64,000 bases of DNA from Phycisphaerales bacterium (GCA_020852515.1 JADZAS010000030.1:222031-286030); one strand, 5' to 3'; counted from the first letter of the stretch, positions 45,188 through 55,649 are shown. Made by a program: numbers and translations. Notes: generated by a model not told the origin, from the sequence alone.

Positions 45188-46531
45188 TTACGCCGATTCC
45201 TTCTTGCGCTTGGTGGTGAGCTGGGCGAGGGTGTACTTCGCGTCGATCGCGGGGCGGTCGATGATGTAGGTCACGCCCTCGGAGTCGGCGTCGGGCAGGT
45301 CGTACATGAGATCGAGCATGACCTCCTCGAACACGGCTCGCAGGGCGCGGGCGCCGGTCTGGCGGGCCATGGCCCGCTCGGCGAGGCAGCGCATCGCGTC
45401 GTCGGTGAACTCCAGTTGCGCGCCTTCCAGCGTGAACAGGTGCTGGTACTGCTTGATCAGCGCGTTCTTGGGCTCGGTCATGATCTGAATGAGCGCATCG
45501 AAGTCCAGCGGCAGCAGCGGCGTGATGACCGGCAGGCGGCCGACGAGTTCGGGAATGAGGCCGAACTCGAGCACGTCGTCGGCGGTCACCTGCTTCATGA
45601 GCGCTGCCTTTTCGTCGATGGCGCGCTGCTCATCGACTCCCTGATCGGCGCTGAAGCCGATGCGCCGCTTGCCCAGGCGCTTCTTGACGATCTCGTCGAT
45701 GCCGACGAACGTGCCGCCGACGACGAAGAGGATGTTGGTCGTGTCGATCTGGATGTACTGCTGCTCGGGGTGCTTGCGGCCGCCCTGAGGAGGCACGTTG
45801 GCAACGGTGCCTTCGAGCATCTTGAGCAGGCTCTGCTGCACGCCCTCACCGGACACATCACGCGTGATCGAGACGTTGTGGCTGGTCTTGCCGATCTTGT
45901 CGATCTCGTCGATGTAGATAATGCCGCGCTGCGCCGCCTCGACGTCGTAGTCGGCGGCCTGGAGGAGCTTGAGCAGCAGGTTCTCAACGTCCTCGCCGAC
46001 GTAGCCCGCTTCGGTGAGCGTGGTGGCGTCGCCGATGGCAAACGGGACGTTGAGCATGCGCGCCAGCGTGCGGGCCAGCAGCGTCTTACCCGAGCCGGTG
46101 GGCCCGATGAACAGGACGTTGCTCTTGTCGATCTCGATGCCAGTGTCCTTGTCGAGCTGGCTGAGGCGCTTGTAGTGGTTGTGGACGGCGACAGAGAGGG
46201 CCTTTTTGGCCTCGATCTGGCCGATCACGTACTGGTCGCAGAACTCTTTGATCTGGCGGGGGCTGGGGATGGTGGAAAACGTCTGCCGACCGGCGGACAT
46301 GCGCCGCCGCTCCTGCCGAAAGATGTTCTGGCAGAGGTCCACGCAGTTGGAGCAGACGTAGACGTCGTTAGGCCCCTCGACCATGGGGCCGACTTCGCGC
46401 GAGGTCTTGCCGCAGAACGAGCAGGTGGTGACCCGCCGGCCCCGGAAGCCGCTCTTGCTGTCTGCGCCATCGCCGGCCTGACGGTTGTTTGGGTCAGTCC
46501 CGCCGGAGTCGCCATCCCGATTCTTGGCCAT
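45188..46531 (-). CDS. clpX: ATP-dependent Clp protease ATP-binding subunit ClpX
   Basis: N-terminal zinc ribbon CSFCGK...CSNC, Walker [12 protein letters not shown], and a full ClpX body. AAGGGGAA before the ATG. Confidence 0.95.
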   Translation of the reverse strand: MAKNRDGDSGGTDPNNRQAGDGADSKSGFRGRRVTTCSFCGKTSREVGPMVEGPNDVYVCSNCVDLCQNIFRQERRRMSAGRQTFSTIPSPRQIKEFCDQYVIGQIEAKKALSVAVHNHYKRLSQLDKDTGIEIDKSNVLFIGPTGSGKTLLARTLARMLNVPFAIGDATTLTEAGYVGEDVENLLLKLLQAADYDVEAAQRGIIYIDEIDKIGKTSHNVSITRDVSGEGVQQSLLKMLEGTVANVPPQGGRKHPEQQYIQIDTTNILFVVGGTFVGIDEIVKKRLGKRRIGFSADQGVDEQRAIDEKAALMKQVTADDVLEFGLIPELVGRLPVITPLLPLDFDALIQIMTEPKNALIKQYQHLFTLEGAQLEFTDDAMRCLAERAMARQTGARALRAVFEEVMLDLMYDLPDADSEGVTYIIDRPAIDAKYTLAQLTTKRKKESA

Positions 46532-46660
46532 TGATCCACGTTCCCCTTGTCTGTAACTGCAACCGATCGCGTTATTTGCCGCAAGGCGCAGAGCCTGAGA
46601 GTTTATCGTCGAGCCGGGCCCTTCTCTTCAACGCTCGCCACAGAGCATCAGGGCCGGCGT

Positions 46661-46984
46661 TCATTTCTTCCCCTTGCGGGCAGTGTCCGATAGCCCGCGC
46701 GAAACCGACGCGTATGGGGCCGCATCAGTTGTCTGTGCCGCGTGTCCAAGAGCGACGGCCCGGGCCGCCTGGTATTCCTCCTCGGTCAGGTCGCCGCGCG
46801 ATCGCATCTCGCGGAGATCCTGAAGCGTAAAGGCGGGCGCGGCGCCGTTTTCATCCGTCCGCAGTGCCCTCCGCACCATTACTACGACGAACGCGGCAGC
46901 GAGGATCAGGGCCGCGAGCACACCGAGCCACAAAGCAATGGCTGGCCAGTCGATGCGATGCGCCGCCGCGAGTATCGCCATCAA
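46661..46984 (-). CDS. small membrane protein with SHOCT-like C-terminal motif
   Basis: One TM segment (WPAIALWLGVLAALILAAAFVVVMV) followed by FTLQDLREMRSRGDLTEEEYQAARAV, which fits the SHOCT pattern L..L..L...G.iT.EEy. Confidence 0.6.
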   Translation of the reverse strand: MMAILAAAHRIDWPAIALWLGVLAALILAAAFVVVMVRRALRTDENGAAPAFTLQDLREMRSRGDLTEEEYQAARAVALGHAAQTTDAAPYASVSRGLSDTARKGKK

Positions 46985-47111
46985 CCAAGTCTAAACTGAA
47001 GCGGGCGACAAACAAGCGCCGTTATTGATGGAATCGCCTGTAGCCGCGGTTTTGCGGCCGCTAGGATTTCATTGGGCCGTCGGGAGGCCGTGGAGCCCGC
47101 AGGAGCACGCC

Positions 47112-47981
47112 ATGTTTTCAGACTTTCGATTCAGCCGCATTCATCTTGCCTGCCTCGGCCTGGCGCTGCTCTGCACGGCTGGTTCCGTCCTTGCGCAGGA
47201 CCAGCCTGCGACGCCGCCCGCTGAGAAGCCGGCGGAGCAGACCGAGCCGAGCGAGCCGCCGCCGCAGCGCTCCATCGAGGAGATCCGTCGCCAACTCGAG
47301 CGGGACGATCCGACGAACCCGACCACGCGCGTGGAAGCGCCGCGCGAGGCGGCGGCGATCGAGTTCGACCCCCTCCTGCCGCCGCGCGGCCGGCTGCTGC
47401 CCGAGGGATCCTATCTCATGTCGCGCACCGGCGTGCTCACGCGCACTGAGTCGCTGGGCGTGCTGCACTTTCTTCCCGATGCCGATCCGAATCGGCCGCG
47501 CCAGCAGAACCAGGCGATGATGCTCATGCCCAGCCGCGTCACCGAGCGCATCGAGGCGAACCTGAACGAGGTCGCCACGAGCGGGCCGGTGGAGATCTCG
47601 GGGCGGGTGTACGCCTACGAAGGCCGCAACTACTTCATGCCCACGACCAACCCGTTCCGCACAGGCACGATGGTCACTACGAATCATGCGGACCTCGTGC
47701 GCGAGGGGGCGTTCATCGTCTCGCGCGCCGGGCGCATCAGCCGCTCGGACACCGGCGGCGAGTGGATGGTGACGTTTGACTCGGACAGCAGCGGACTGAT
47801 GGATCCGCCGATGGTGCTGCTGCCCTGCCGACTGCTCGAGCGCCTGGTGCGCGTGGCGCAGTCTGAAGGCGATGCGGCGCGGATCATCATCTCCGGCCAA
47901 GTGTACGCGTACCACAACGTGAACTACCTGCTGCCGACGGTGATGCTGCGGCCGGTCGCGAGTGAGAATCTATCGCCGTAA
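47112..47981 (+). CDS. secreted protein of unknown function with an internal two-fold duplication
   Basis: AGGAG before ATG 47112. Signal peptide MFSDFRFSRIHLACLGLALLCTAGSVLAQ. Two ~85-aa modules end ISGRVYAYEGRNYFMPT and ISGQVYAYHNVNYLLPT. Confidence 0.7.
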   Translation: MFSDFRFSRIHLACLGLALLCTAGSVLAQDQPATPPAEKPAEQTEPSEPPPQRSIEEIRRQLERDDPTNPTTRVEAPREAAAIEFDPLLPPRGRLLPEGSYLMSRTGVLTRTESLGVLHFLPDADPNRPRQQNQAMMLMPSRVTERIEANLNEVATSGPVEISGRVYAYEGRNYFMPTTNPFRTGTMVTTNHADLVREGAFIVSRAGRISRSDTGGEWMVTFDSDSSGLMDPPMVLLPCRLLERLVRVAQSEGDAARIIISGQVYAYHNVNYLLPTVMLRPVASENLSP

Positions 47982-48146
47982 GTTCACGTGGCATGGCGTG
48001 GCGATTCCCTGAACCGAGCGTGTCGAAGTCGCGTTGCGATGCCGAGAGCCGGTGAGCCGGAAAGCGATCGCAGCAACACGCTCGACTGGATGTCTGCCTG
48101 CGCAGGCATGACGGGCCGACCCCGCAGCGGCGCACGCCGGAGCCGA

Positions 48147-50546
48147 TCACCCGAAGAGACGCGCGCGGATAATGGCGAGTTGGTCGCCTTGCGCATCGGC
48201 GTGCTTCGCGCCGCTTTGGCGCCAGGCGCGGAGGTGATGATCAAACGTGCCGCGACTGAGCAGCAGGCCCGCTGCATTGATGCGGCCGCTGCGCACGGCG
48301 AGGGCGTCGAGCAGGCGGCGCTGCCGGCGGCTCAGGCCAAGCCCGGCCGCGACGGCGCGGTACGCCGGACCGTGACGGCGGGCATCGCGAACGCTCCAGC
48401 GCAGCGCCATGAGAGTCGCACCTATGACGCCGGCGCCAAGCAGCACCACGCCCAGTGCGCTCCACGACAGCCACGGCCAGTCTGATTCGCGTCCGACAAA
48501 CGATCGCGAGATGTCTTCGAGGCGCGAGGACTGCGCCAGGGACACCGGCATGAGCGGCAGCGCGACCAGGCGCGAAAGGGGCCCGGCCGCCGCCGGCGCG
48601 GCTGCGTTTGCTGGATGAAGCGCAACGACCTCGCGAGGCGTGACCTCCCGCTCCGCGGGCCCGGCGTCTTGAGCAGACTGCTGCGGCGCGGGTCGATGTG
48701 CCGTCATCGCGGCCAGCAGGCGGCGGGCAGTGCGGCGGGCGCGCTCGCGCACCGGGCGGCTCGCATCGCGCCGGGCCAGCTCGGCCACGCGCGTGGCGCA
48801 GGGCGTCAGCGCCGACACCTCCGCCGCCCACAGGGCGCTGAGACGGTGCAGCGGCCGCGGATCGCCGAGCATCTGCTCAAGCCGCGCTGCCGCGGCGTCG
48901 CGGTCGATGCGGGCGATGGCGGCGATGGCGTTGGCGCGAGGGCGGTTGTCGGGCGCCTTGCAGAGTTGCTCGAGCACGTCGCGGCAGGTTTCGATCAGCG
49001 GCGGAGCCAGAACTTCGATCGCATTGGCGCGCGTGCGCACGTCGGCGTGGCGCAGGCCGGCAAGCACGGCCTGGCGCGAGGAGTCGCTGTCGATCGCGCC
49101 CAGCGCCTTGACCGCAGTGGCGCAGAGGCGCACGTCGGCGCCGCGCGTGAGCGCGAGCAGTTCGAGTTCGATCTCGGGGAGGATCTGCAGATCGCCGGCC
49201 AGGCGGATGGCGCGGAGGCAGGTCTCGCGCTGCCGGGCGCTGAGGCGGCGGCGGATTTCGCTGATGATCGCCTCGGGCTGTTCGCGCATGAGCAGGCGCG
49301 CCGCGAGTCGCTGCTCGACGCGCGGGCCGCTGCCGGACCAGTACGACCACATCGATTCGAAGTCGGCGCGATTGGAATGCGCCGCGGCGATGGTGCGCAC
49401 GCTGCGGTGCGGGCCGCGGAGCAGTTGGCGCAGCGTCTCGGCGAGGCCCGCCACGCGCCGCCGGATGCAGTGCCGCACGGCCAGCGCCGCCAGGCGCTCG
49501 TCTTCATCAAAGCAGAATCGCATCGCGACGGCGTCGGCTCGCCCATCGCGCAAATTCGCCAGGGCCCGGAACGCCGCCAGGCGGGCGCGCGGCGTGCGAA
49601 ACGCGAGGCCGTCGGACAGCCGCATGATCCGCTGCTCGTCGGATATGGGCACGGTCATGATCCACTCGGGCAGCGCGGCTTGAGCCGCGGCATCGAGTTC
49701 AAGTGCGATGGCCGAAGGCGGCGCCGCAGGCCGGCGCGGATCGAGCCGCCGCAGCCGCGCCTGCTGTTGCGGCAGGTGGAGCAGGTGGGCGCGATCGGCG
49801 ATCATCGCGGCGAAATGGGGCGTCGGAGCGAGGCGGGCGATGTGTTCAAGCGCCTGCGAGCCGAGCGAATCGATTCCCAGCCACGTCAGCAGATGCGGCG
49901 CGAGCTGCTCTTCGGGCAGGCGCTTCATGAAGCCGCGCATCGCCATGTGGGTTGGATGATCGCGATCGGCCATCCAGCGTCGCAGCGCCGGCCCCGGCGT
50001 GGCGATGAAGCGCGCCGCCGCGACGAGCACCGCCGTCTGCCGGTGCTTCGGATAGGCGTCGAGCGCCTCGGCCAGGGCTTCGTCGAGCCGCTGGGCATCG
50101 GCCTTGCGGGCCCTCTCATCGGACCCCCGGCCGAGGTGGAGCAGCGTGAGGCGATCGATCGCTTCGGCCGCCGCCCGGCTCACGAGCGGGTCGTGGTGCG
50201 TGAGATTCTTCACCGCCTCGTCGAGTCCGCGAATCTGACCTGCTCGTCCGATCAACATTAATGCATTTCGGCGCTGGACCGGTTCGGCCGCCTCGGCCGC
50301 GGCGGCGATGGCGGCCGGCGCGCCCCCGGCCAGGTCGGCGGTGCGGCGGCGCAGGTCATCATCGAGGTCGTGCCAGCGCCGGATGAGCACCCCCACGGCC
50401 TCGCTACATGGCCGCTGCAGCAGCGCGTCTGCAAGTGCCGGACATTCGTCCACTTCCGCGTGCTCGAGCGCATCGGCCAGCGCGGCGACGGCGGCGGCAT
50501 CGCTCAGGCGGTTCACGTGGCGCAAGCGGTGCTCAAGAGGCGGCAT
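48147..50546 (-). CDS. HEAT/armadillo-like repeat protein with a single C-proximal TM segment
   Basis: Repeated motifs of the type D..VR..A..AL (HHDPLVSRAAAEAIDRL, ADVRLCATAVKALGAID, HADVRTRANAIEVLAP, DNRPRANAIAAIARID, DASRPVRERARRTARRL). TM segment WLSWSALGVVLLGAGVIGATLMAL. Start uncertain: ATG 50546 or 50603. Confidence 0.6.
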   Translation of the reverse strand: MPPLEHRLRHVNRLSDAAAVAALADALEHAEVDECPALADALLQRPCSEAVGVLIRRWHDLDDDLRRRTADLAGGAPAAIAAAAEAAEPVQRRNALMLIGRAGQIRGLDEAVKNLTHHDPLVSRAAAEAIDRLTLLHLGRGSDERARKADAQRLDEALAEALDAYPKHRQTAVLVAAARFIATPGPALRRWMADRDHPTHMAMRGFMKRLPEEQLAPHLLTWLGIDSLGSQALEHIARLAPTPHFAAMIADRAHLLHLPQQQARLRRLDPRRPAAPPSAIALELDAAAQAALPEWIMTVPISDEQRIMRLSDGLAFRTPRARLAAFRALANLRDGRADAVAMRFCFDEDERLAALAVRHCIRRRVAGLAETLRQLLRGPHRSVRTIAAAHSNRADFESMWSYWSGSGPRVEQRLAARLLMREQPEAIISEIRRRLSARQRETCLRAIRLAGDLQILPEIELELLALTRGADVRLCATAVKALGAIDSDSSRQAVLAGLRHADVRTRANAIEVLAPPLIETCRDVLEQLCKAPDNRPRANAIAAIARIDRDAAAARLEQMLGDPRPLHRLSALWAAEVSALTPCATRVAELARRDASRPVRERARRTARRLLAAMTAHRPAPQQSAQDAGPAEREVTPREVVALHPANAAAPAAAGPLSRLVALPLMPVSLAQSSRLEDISRSFVGRESDWPWLSWSALGVVLLGAGVIGATLMALRWSVRDARRHGPAYRAVAAGLGLSRRQRRLLDALAVRSGRINAAGLLLSRGTFDHHLRAWRQSGAKHADAQGDQLAIIRARLFG

Positions 50547-50787
50547 GCTGCTTTCCGTCTGGTGAATGTCCCGATTCGGCCGGATCGAATCGACCCGATT
50601 CATCCCGCACCGATCAGTCGTCCATCGGCCAGTCGTGTGCAACCTCTGCAAGACTTGACGGTTGTCCTGTGCAGATCGACGCCGTACGACTGATCCATGA
50701 AATCGATTGCCGGGAAGTGAAGGGCCGGGGGGGAAAGCGGGAATCAGATTGGGGAGATGGGGATTTCCTCTGTTGAAAGGAGCCGAC

Positions 50788-51354
50788 ATGAGCACACTGT
50801 CTCCGCGGGCGCTGGCGTCGCTGCAGGCCTACCGGCTCATGCTCTTTTCCCGCGCCGTGCATCCGGAGTTCTTCGAGATCCGCAAGCGCCGCGCCAGTCG
50901 CTCGCACCAGTATGAACTCGACACCTGGCTGGCGCGCGGCGCGCACGTGATCACCTTCACGCACGGCGGCGAGCACATCGTCGAAGTGCTGACGCCCAAC
51001 GAGCCCGCAGTGCCCCGGCGCGGCGTGGTCGAGTCGCTGCCCTGCGCCGGCGAGCGCGAGCACGAGTCGCGCTTCGGCGGGCGGCTGAACTACATCACCA
51101 GCGTGCAGACCGAAATCGTCTCCGAAAACCTCTATCGGGCGACGCTGCGCGAGATGCACGAGCACGCCGTCGAGAACAAGTCGCTCATGCACCGCTGGCG
51201 CGAGGATGACAGCCGCGCCGACAGCCTCTCGGTGCTCGACGTGCAGTGCTACCCGTGGGAGGTCCACGCCCAGGCCTGGCATCTCGACGCCGGTTGCGGC
51301 CTGGTCCTGCGCTCGCAGGCGATCTTCGAGGTCTTGGCGCAGCAGGGTGAGTGA
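50788..51354 (+). CDS. hypothetical cytoplasmic protein (188 aa)
   Basis: AAGGAG before ATG 50788. Coding-like composition, no motif I can name. Confidence 0.55.
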   Translation: MSTLSPRALASLQAYRLMLFSRAVHPEFFEIRKRRASRSHQYELDTWLARGAHVITFTHGGEHIVEVLTPNEPAVPRRGVVESLPCAGEREHESRFGGRLNYITSVQTEIVSENLYRATLREMHEHAVENKSLMHRWREDDSRADSLSVLDVQCYPWEVHAQAWHLDAGCGLVLRSQAIFEVLAQQGE

Positions 51355-51530
51355 GCGACGTGCCCGTCCTGTTGAAACTGGCGACTTGATCCTTTTCTGC
51401 CGATGAATACACTCGATCGACCATGAAGCCCCTGACCGCCGCCATCTCGATTCGCATCGGCATTACCATGCCCCACTGAGGCGGCGGGGAATCGGCGCGG
51501 CTCTGGCGAGCACCAGCAACAACCGATTTC

Positions 51531-51563
51531 AGGCCCCGCCTCCGGTGGGGCCTGTTGCGTTTG
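51531..51563 (+). terminator. hairpin terminator candidate upstream of ileS
   Basis: CAGGCCCC-gcctccggt-GGGGCCTG followed by TTGCGTTT. Confidence 0.4.
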
Positions 51564-51625
51564 AACCGGTAGACTTGCACCCACGAGTTGACCGCCTGCG
51601 GTCGCTTTTTCGAGAGAATTCAGCC

Positions 51626-54586
51626 ATGAGCAGCGAATCGTCCAGTCCCGCCTCCGCCAAGGCCCCGAGCGACAAGCCGTCCTACAAGCAGACGCTCAAT
51701 CTGCCCAGGACAGCGTTTCCGATGAGGGCCAACCTGGTTCAGAACGAGCCCGCCAGCATGAAGCGGTGGGACGGCATGCGCCTCTACGATGCCCTGCGGC
51801 AATTGTCCGCCGACGAAAGGCGCGACCTCTGGTCCTTCCACGACGGCCCGCCTTACGCCAACGGCTCAATCCACCTCGGCCACCTGCTCAACAAGGTGCT
51901 CAAGGACTTCGTCGTCCGCACCCGGACGATGCAGGGGCGAGACGTGGCATACGTGCCCGGCTGGGACTGCCACGGCCTGCCCATCGAGCACAAGGTGATG
52001 ACCGAACTCGTCGAGTCGGGCAAGGCCGCCAAACTCGACACGCTCAGCGATGACGACCGGCGCATGGCAGTGCGGTGCGAGTGCCGCAAGTACGCCGAAA
52101 AGTTCATCAAACTGCAGACGGGGCAGATGAAACAACTTCTGACCGTCGCTGACTATGACCATCCGTATCTGACCATGCAGCCCGAGTATGAGGCGGCGAC
52201 GCTCGAGGTCTTCGCCGACCTCGTCGAGCACGGGCTGGTCTATCGCGCGCTCAAGCCGGTGCACTGGTCGATCGCCAACCAGACCGCGCTGGCCGAGGCG
52301 GAACTTGAGTACTACGACCGGCAGGACCTGTCGGTGTACGTGTGGTTTGAGGTCGAAGATGTCGCAGGGCTGCTCAAGGCGTTCGGCCTGGCTGGCAAGG
52401 ATCCGAAGGAGTTCGCCGATCTCAGGCCGTCGCAGATGATTTGGACGACCACGCCGTGGACGCTGCCGGCGAATCTCGCGGTGGCGGTGCACCCGCGCTA
52501 CGAATACGTTCTGGCGATGATGGGCGGGCGGCCGACGGTGGTCGCGGCCGAGCTGTATGCCAAGGTCAAGGCGTTGCGGGAGAAGAACAGCGCGCACGGC
52601 AGCGCTGAACTCGGTCGCTGCAAGGGCGCCGACCTGGTCGGGCTCACCTATCGCCATCCGTTCTGCCCGCGCGTCTCGCCGGTGGTTTCGGCCGAGTACG
52701 TCACGCTCGAAGACGGCACCGGCCTGGTGCACACGGCGCCGGGGCACGGGGCCGAAGACTTCCAGACCGGCCACGCCAATGGGCTCGACATCTACTGCCC
52801 GGTGCGCGCCGACGGTACCTACGACGAGACGGTGCCGGACTGGCTGCGCGGCATGGACATCTGGAAGGCGAACGACGCCATCGCCGCACGCCTGACCGAG
52901 AGCGGAGCGATGTACTTCTCGCACAAGTTCACGCACTCGTACCCACACGACTGGCGCGGCAAGACGCCGGTGATCTTCCGCGCCACCGAGCAGTGGTTCG
53001 CGGCCGTGGATAAGCCGCGCGCCGGCGATGTCGATCTGCGCACGCTGGCGCTGGACCAGACGCGCGATGACGTAAAGTTCTACCCAGAGTGGGGCCGCAA
53101 CCGCATGCGCGGCATGCTCGAATCGCGCCCCGACTGGTGCCTGAGCCGGCAGCGCGCGTGGGGATTGCCGATCCCTGCGTTCTTCGACGCCGACGGCAAC
53201 TACCTGCTGACCAGGCGCAGTGTGCTGTGCGTCGCGGAAAAAGTCCGCGCTAAGGGCAGCGATGCGTGGTTCACGATGAGCGCAGCGCAACTGCTTGAAG
53301 GCTACGACCCCGCGAGCGATCCTGATGCGCCGCCAGCGCTTAAAGCCCATGCGTGGCAAAGCCTGAGTGAGGCTCTGCGCAAATCCAGCGACATCTTCGA
53401 CGTCTGGTTCGAATCCGGCTGCTCGTGGCACGCGGTGATGGATCAGCGCGGCCAGGCCGATCTTGCGCACGGCAAGAGCGTCGAACTCTACCTCGAAGGC
53501 TCCGACCAGCATCGCGGCTGGTTCCAGGTGTCGCTGCTGACCGCTCTGGGCGCCACGGGGCGCGCTCCTTTCAAGGCACTGCTCACCCACGGCTTTACCG
53601 TTGACAAAGACGGCAAGAAGATGAGCAAGAGCCTGGGAAACACCATCGAAGTCGAAGACCTGCTTAAGAAGTACGGCGCCGACGTCTGCCGCTGGTGGGT
53701 CGCGTCGATCAACTTCGAGGGCGACATCAAGGTCGATTACTCGCTCTTTGACGTCGCCGGCGAGTCGTATCGTAAGGTGCGCAATACGCTGCGCTTCCTG
53801 CTGAGCAACCTCGACGACTACACACCGGCCGAGCAGCGCGAGACGATGCCCGGCGCCAGTCTCGATGCTTGGGTGCTCGGCGAGTACAACCGCATGTCGC
53901 AGAAGGTGCGCGCTGCGTACGACCGCTACGACTTCCGTGCGGCTCACAGCGCGCTCTACGACTTCTGCAATGACACGCTCAGCGCCGTCTACCTCGCCGC
54001 GACCAAGGACCGGCTCTATTGCGATCGGCCCGACAGCGTGCGCCGGCGGCGGACGCAGCGGGCGATGTGGGAGTTGTGCGACGGGCTGTGCCGACTGCTG
54101 GCGCCCATCCTGCCGCACACGGCTGACGAAGCGTACCGCTCGCTCTGGAAAGTCGATGCAAAAGACACCTCGCGCTGCGTGCAGCTGACGACGTACATCG
54201 AGGCGTTCGACGTCGCGGCGGATGCGGCCTGGCCCCAGGTCATGGCCGCGCGCGAGGCAGCGCAGCAGACGCTTGAAGCAGCGCGGGCGGCGCAGGTGAT
54301 CGAGAATCCCCTCGACGCCGAGGTGCACGTGGAAAACGCCGACGGCGCCCTGGCGGCGTTCGCCACCCGCTTTGCCGACGCGACGGGCGACTCATTCGAG
54401 GCTGAATTCGCCGACCTGCTAGGCGTGAGCCGCGTGAAGTTCGTCGGTGCGGGCGCAGCAAGCGTCGTCTCGCTCGTCGATGAGCCTCGCTGCGAGCGAA
54501 GCTGGAAGCGCGATGGCTCCGTGAAGCAGCGAAGCGACGGCGGCTGGCTGACGGACCGCGACGCCCAGGCTGTCGGCGTGGCGTAG
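51626..54586 (+). CDS. ileS: isoleucine--tRNA ligase
   Basis: HIGH-type PYANGSIHLGHLLNK, KMSKS (DGKKMSKSLGN), and a class Ia editing insertion. Start trimmed to MSSESSSPAS (ATG 51626). Confidence 0.96.
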   Translation: MSSESSSPASAKAPSDKPSYKQTLNLPRTAFPMRANLVQNEPASMKRWDGMRLYDALRQLSADERRDLWSFHDGPPYANGSIHLGHLLNKVLKDFVVRTRTMQGRDVAYVPGWDCHGLPIEHKVMTELVESGKAAKLDTLSDDDRRMAVRCECRKYAEKFIKLQTGQMKQLLTVADYDHPYLTMQPEYEAATLEVFADLVEHGLVYRALKPVHWSIANQTALAEAELEYYDRQDLSVYVWFEVEDVAGLLKAFGLAGKDPKEFADLRPSQMIWTTTPWTLPANLAVAVHPRYEYVLAMMGGRPTVVAAELYAKVKALREKNSAHGSAELGRCKGADLVGLTYRHPFCPRVSPVVSAEYVTLEDGTGLVHTAPGHGAEDFQTGHANGLDIYCPVRADGTYDETVPDWLRGMDIWKANDAIAARLTESGAMYFSHKFTHSYPHDWRGKTPVIFRATEQWFAAVDKPRAGDVDLRTLALDQTRDDVKFYPEWGRNRMRGMLESRPDWCLSRQRAWGLPIPAFFDADGNYLLTRRSVLCVAEKVRAKGSDAWFTMSAAQLLEGYDPASDPDAPPALKAHAWQSLSEALRKSSDIFDVWFESGCSWHAVMDQRGQADLAHGKSVELYLEGSDQHRGWFQVSLLTALGATGRAPFKALLTHGFTVDKDGKKMSKSLGNTIEVEDLLKKYGADVCRWWVASINFEGDIKVDYSLFDVAGESYRKVRNTLRFLLSNLDDYTPAEQRETMPGASLDAWVLGEYNRMSQKVRAAYDRYDFRAAHSALYDFCNDTLSAVYLAATKDRLYCDRPDSVRRRRTQRAMWELCDGLCRLLAPILPHTADEAYRSLWKVDAKDTSRCVQLTTYIEAFDVAADAAWPQVMAAREAAQQTLEAARAAQVIENPLDAEVHVENADGALAAFATRFADATGDSFEAEFADLLGVSRVKFVGAGAASVVSLVDEPRCERSWKRDGSVKQRSDGGWLTDRDAQAVGVA

Positions 54587-54618
54587 CGGCTTGGTATGAA
54601 GGCGATGCATTCGACGAT

Positions 54619-55572
54619 TCATTTCACGTGCGGCACGAAGATGAGCACGAAGCGCGTGTCGCCGTCGGGGCTGACCAGCGCTTCTTCCCCGGCGGTGCGG
54701 ATGCGCGGGCTGGCGGGACCCGCGGGCTGCGGCTGGGCGCCAACCGGCACGAGCCCTGCACCTTGCTCTCCGGCAGGCTTGTTTTGTTCAGCCTCAGGCT
54801 CCACTTCCGCCGGCGGCGCCTCCGCTTCGCTTTCCGCCGGCTTGGTCGACGGCGGGCCGGCCGCGACGCCGACGGGCGCGATGGCCGTCACCAGCACCGC
54901 CCACTTGCCATCGAGATCCACGCGCAGCGCCGACGTCGGCACGTAGACGCCCATGCGCGCTTCGCGCACCGGATCGGGCGAAAGCGGGTCGCGGCGCGGC
55001 TGGTGGAACTGCACGACCGCCTCGAGCCTCAGCATCGGCGCCTTTGAGTCGATCAGCGGGTAGTCGCGCATCAGCATGCGGAAACGGCCGTCCGTGAACT
55101 CGCCGATCTCCCCGCCCACGCGCACGAGCCGCGGGCTGTCGAGCCGCGGCGCCGTGACCACAGCCTTCCACTCGGGCACGAAGCCGAGGTGAATACGTTC
55201 GACGATCGGCTCACCCGTGAGCGCCACGAGGAACTCACTCGACTTCTTCCGGTCGGCGAGCAATTCCACGGGGATGGCGACGACGATCAGGCCCTCGCTG
55301 CGGAGGCGGTCCAGTTGCTCGGCGCTGAGCCCCAGCGGCTCGGCGGAGTAGGGCGCCAGCACGTCTTCGAGTTTCTCCTTGTGCCGGTACGGCCGGTTGA
55401 GCAGGCGATACACCTCCATGCCGCGCTGCATCGAGTCCAGGAGCGATGGACCGACGCCCGGAGCCTGGGGCGAGGGCTCGATCGCTTCCGCCGGCGCCCG
55501 GCAGCCTTGGTTCAGGGCCAGTGCGGCGGCGGCCACCAGCGCCGCAGCGGTATGCCTCACGGGAATGCTCAT
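54619..55572 (-). CDS. hypothetical lipoprotein
   Basis: Signal peptide with lipobox LALNQGC. The C-terminal third is a Pro/Ala/Glu-rich low-complexity region. No recognisable family. Confidence 0.6.
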   Translation of the reverse strand: MSIPVRHTAAALVAAAALALNQGCRAPAEAIEPSPQAPGVGPSLLDSMQRGMEVYRLLNRPYRHKEKLEDVLAPYSAEPLGLSAEQLDRLRSEGLIVVAIPVELLADRKKSSEFLVALTGEPIVERIHLGFVPEWKAVVTAPRLDSPRLVRVGGEIGEFTDGRFRMLMRDYPLIDSKAPMLRLEAVVQFHQPRRDPLSPDPVREARMGVYVPTSALRVDLDGKWAVLVTAIAPVGVAAGPPSTKPAESEAEAPPAEVEPEAEQNKPAGEQGAGLVPVGAQPQPAGPASPRIRTAGEEALVSPDGDTRFVLIFVPHVK

Positions 55573-55649
55573 TGGGGTTCCGTTCGTTTCCTCGCTCGAC
55601 TCGCCCGCCCGACCTCCAATGATACCGGATGCCCCAGGCGTCTCACGCC

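Noticed and set aside
48147-48420. RRQRR in the C-terminal tail of the HEAT-repeat protein as a PilZ (RRxxR) c-di-GMP site
   Set aside because: The second PilZ motif (D/NxSxxG) is not present at the right distance. The ~85-aa tail is also too short and looks helical rather than beta-barrel.
53406-53416. GGTTCGAATCC, a tRNA T-arm-like string
   Set aside because: It lies in frame inside ileS. No acceptor, D or anticodon stems can be drawn around it. I found no tRNA elsewhere in the window.
51866-54328. 820-aa ORF antisense to ileS
   Set aside because: Same reasoning: it sits completely within ileS on the opposite strand and has shadow-frame composition.
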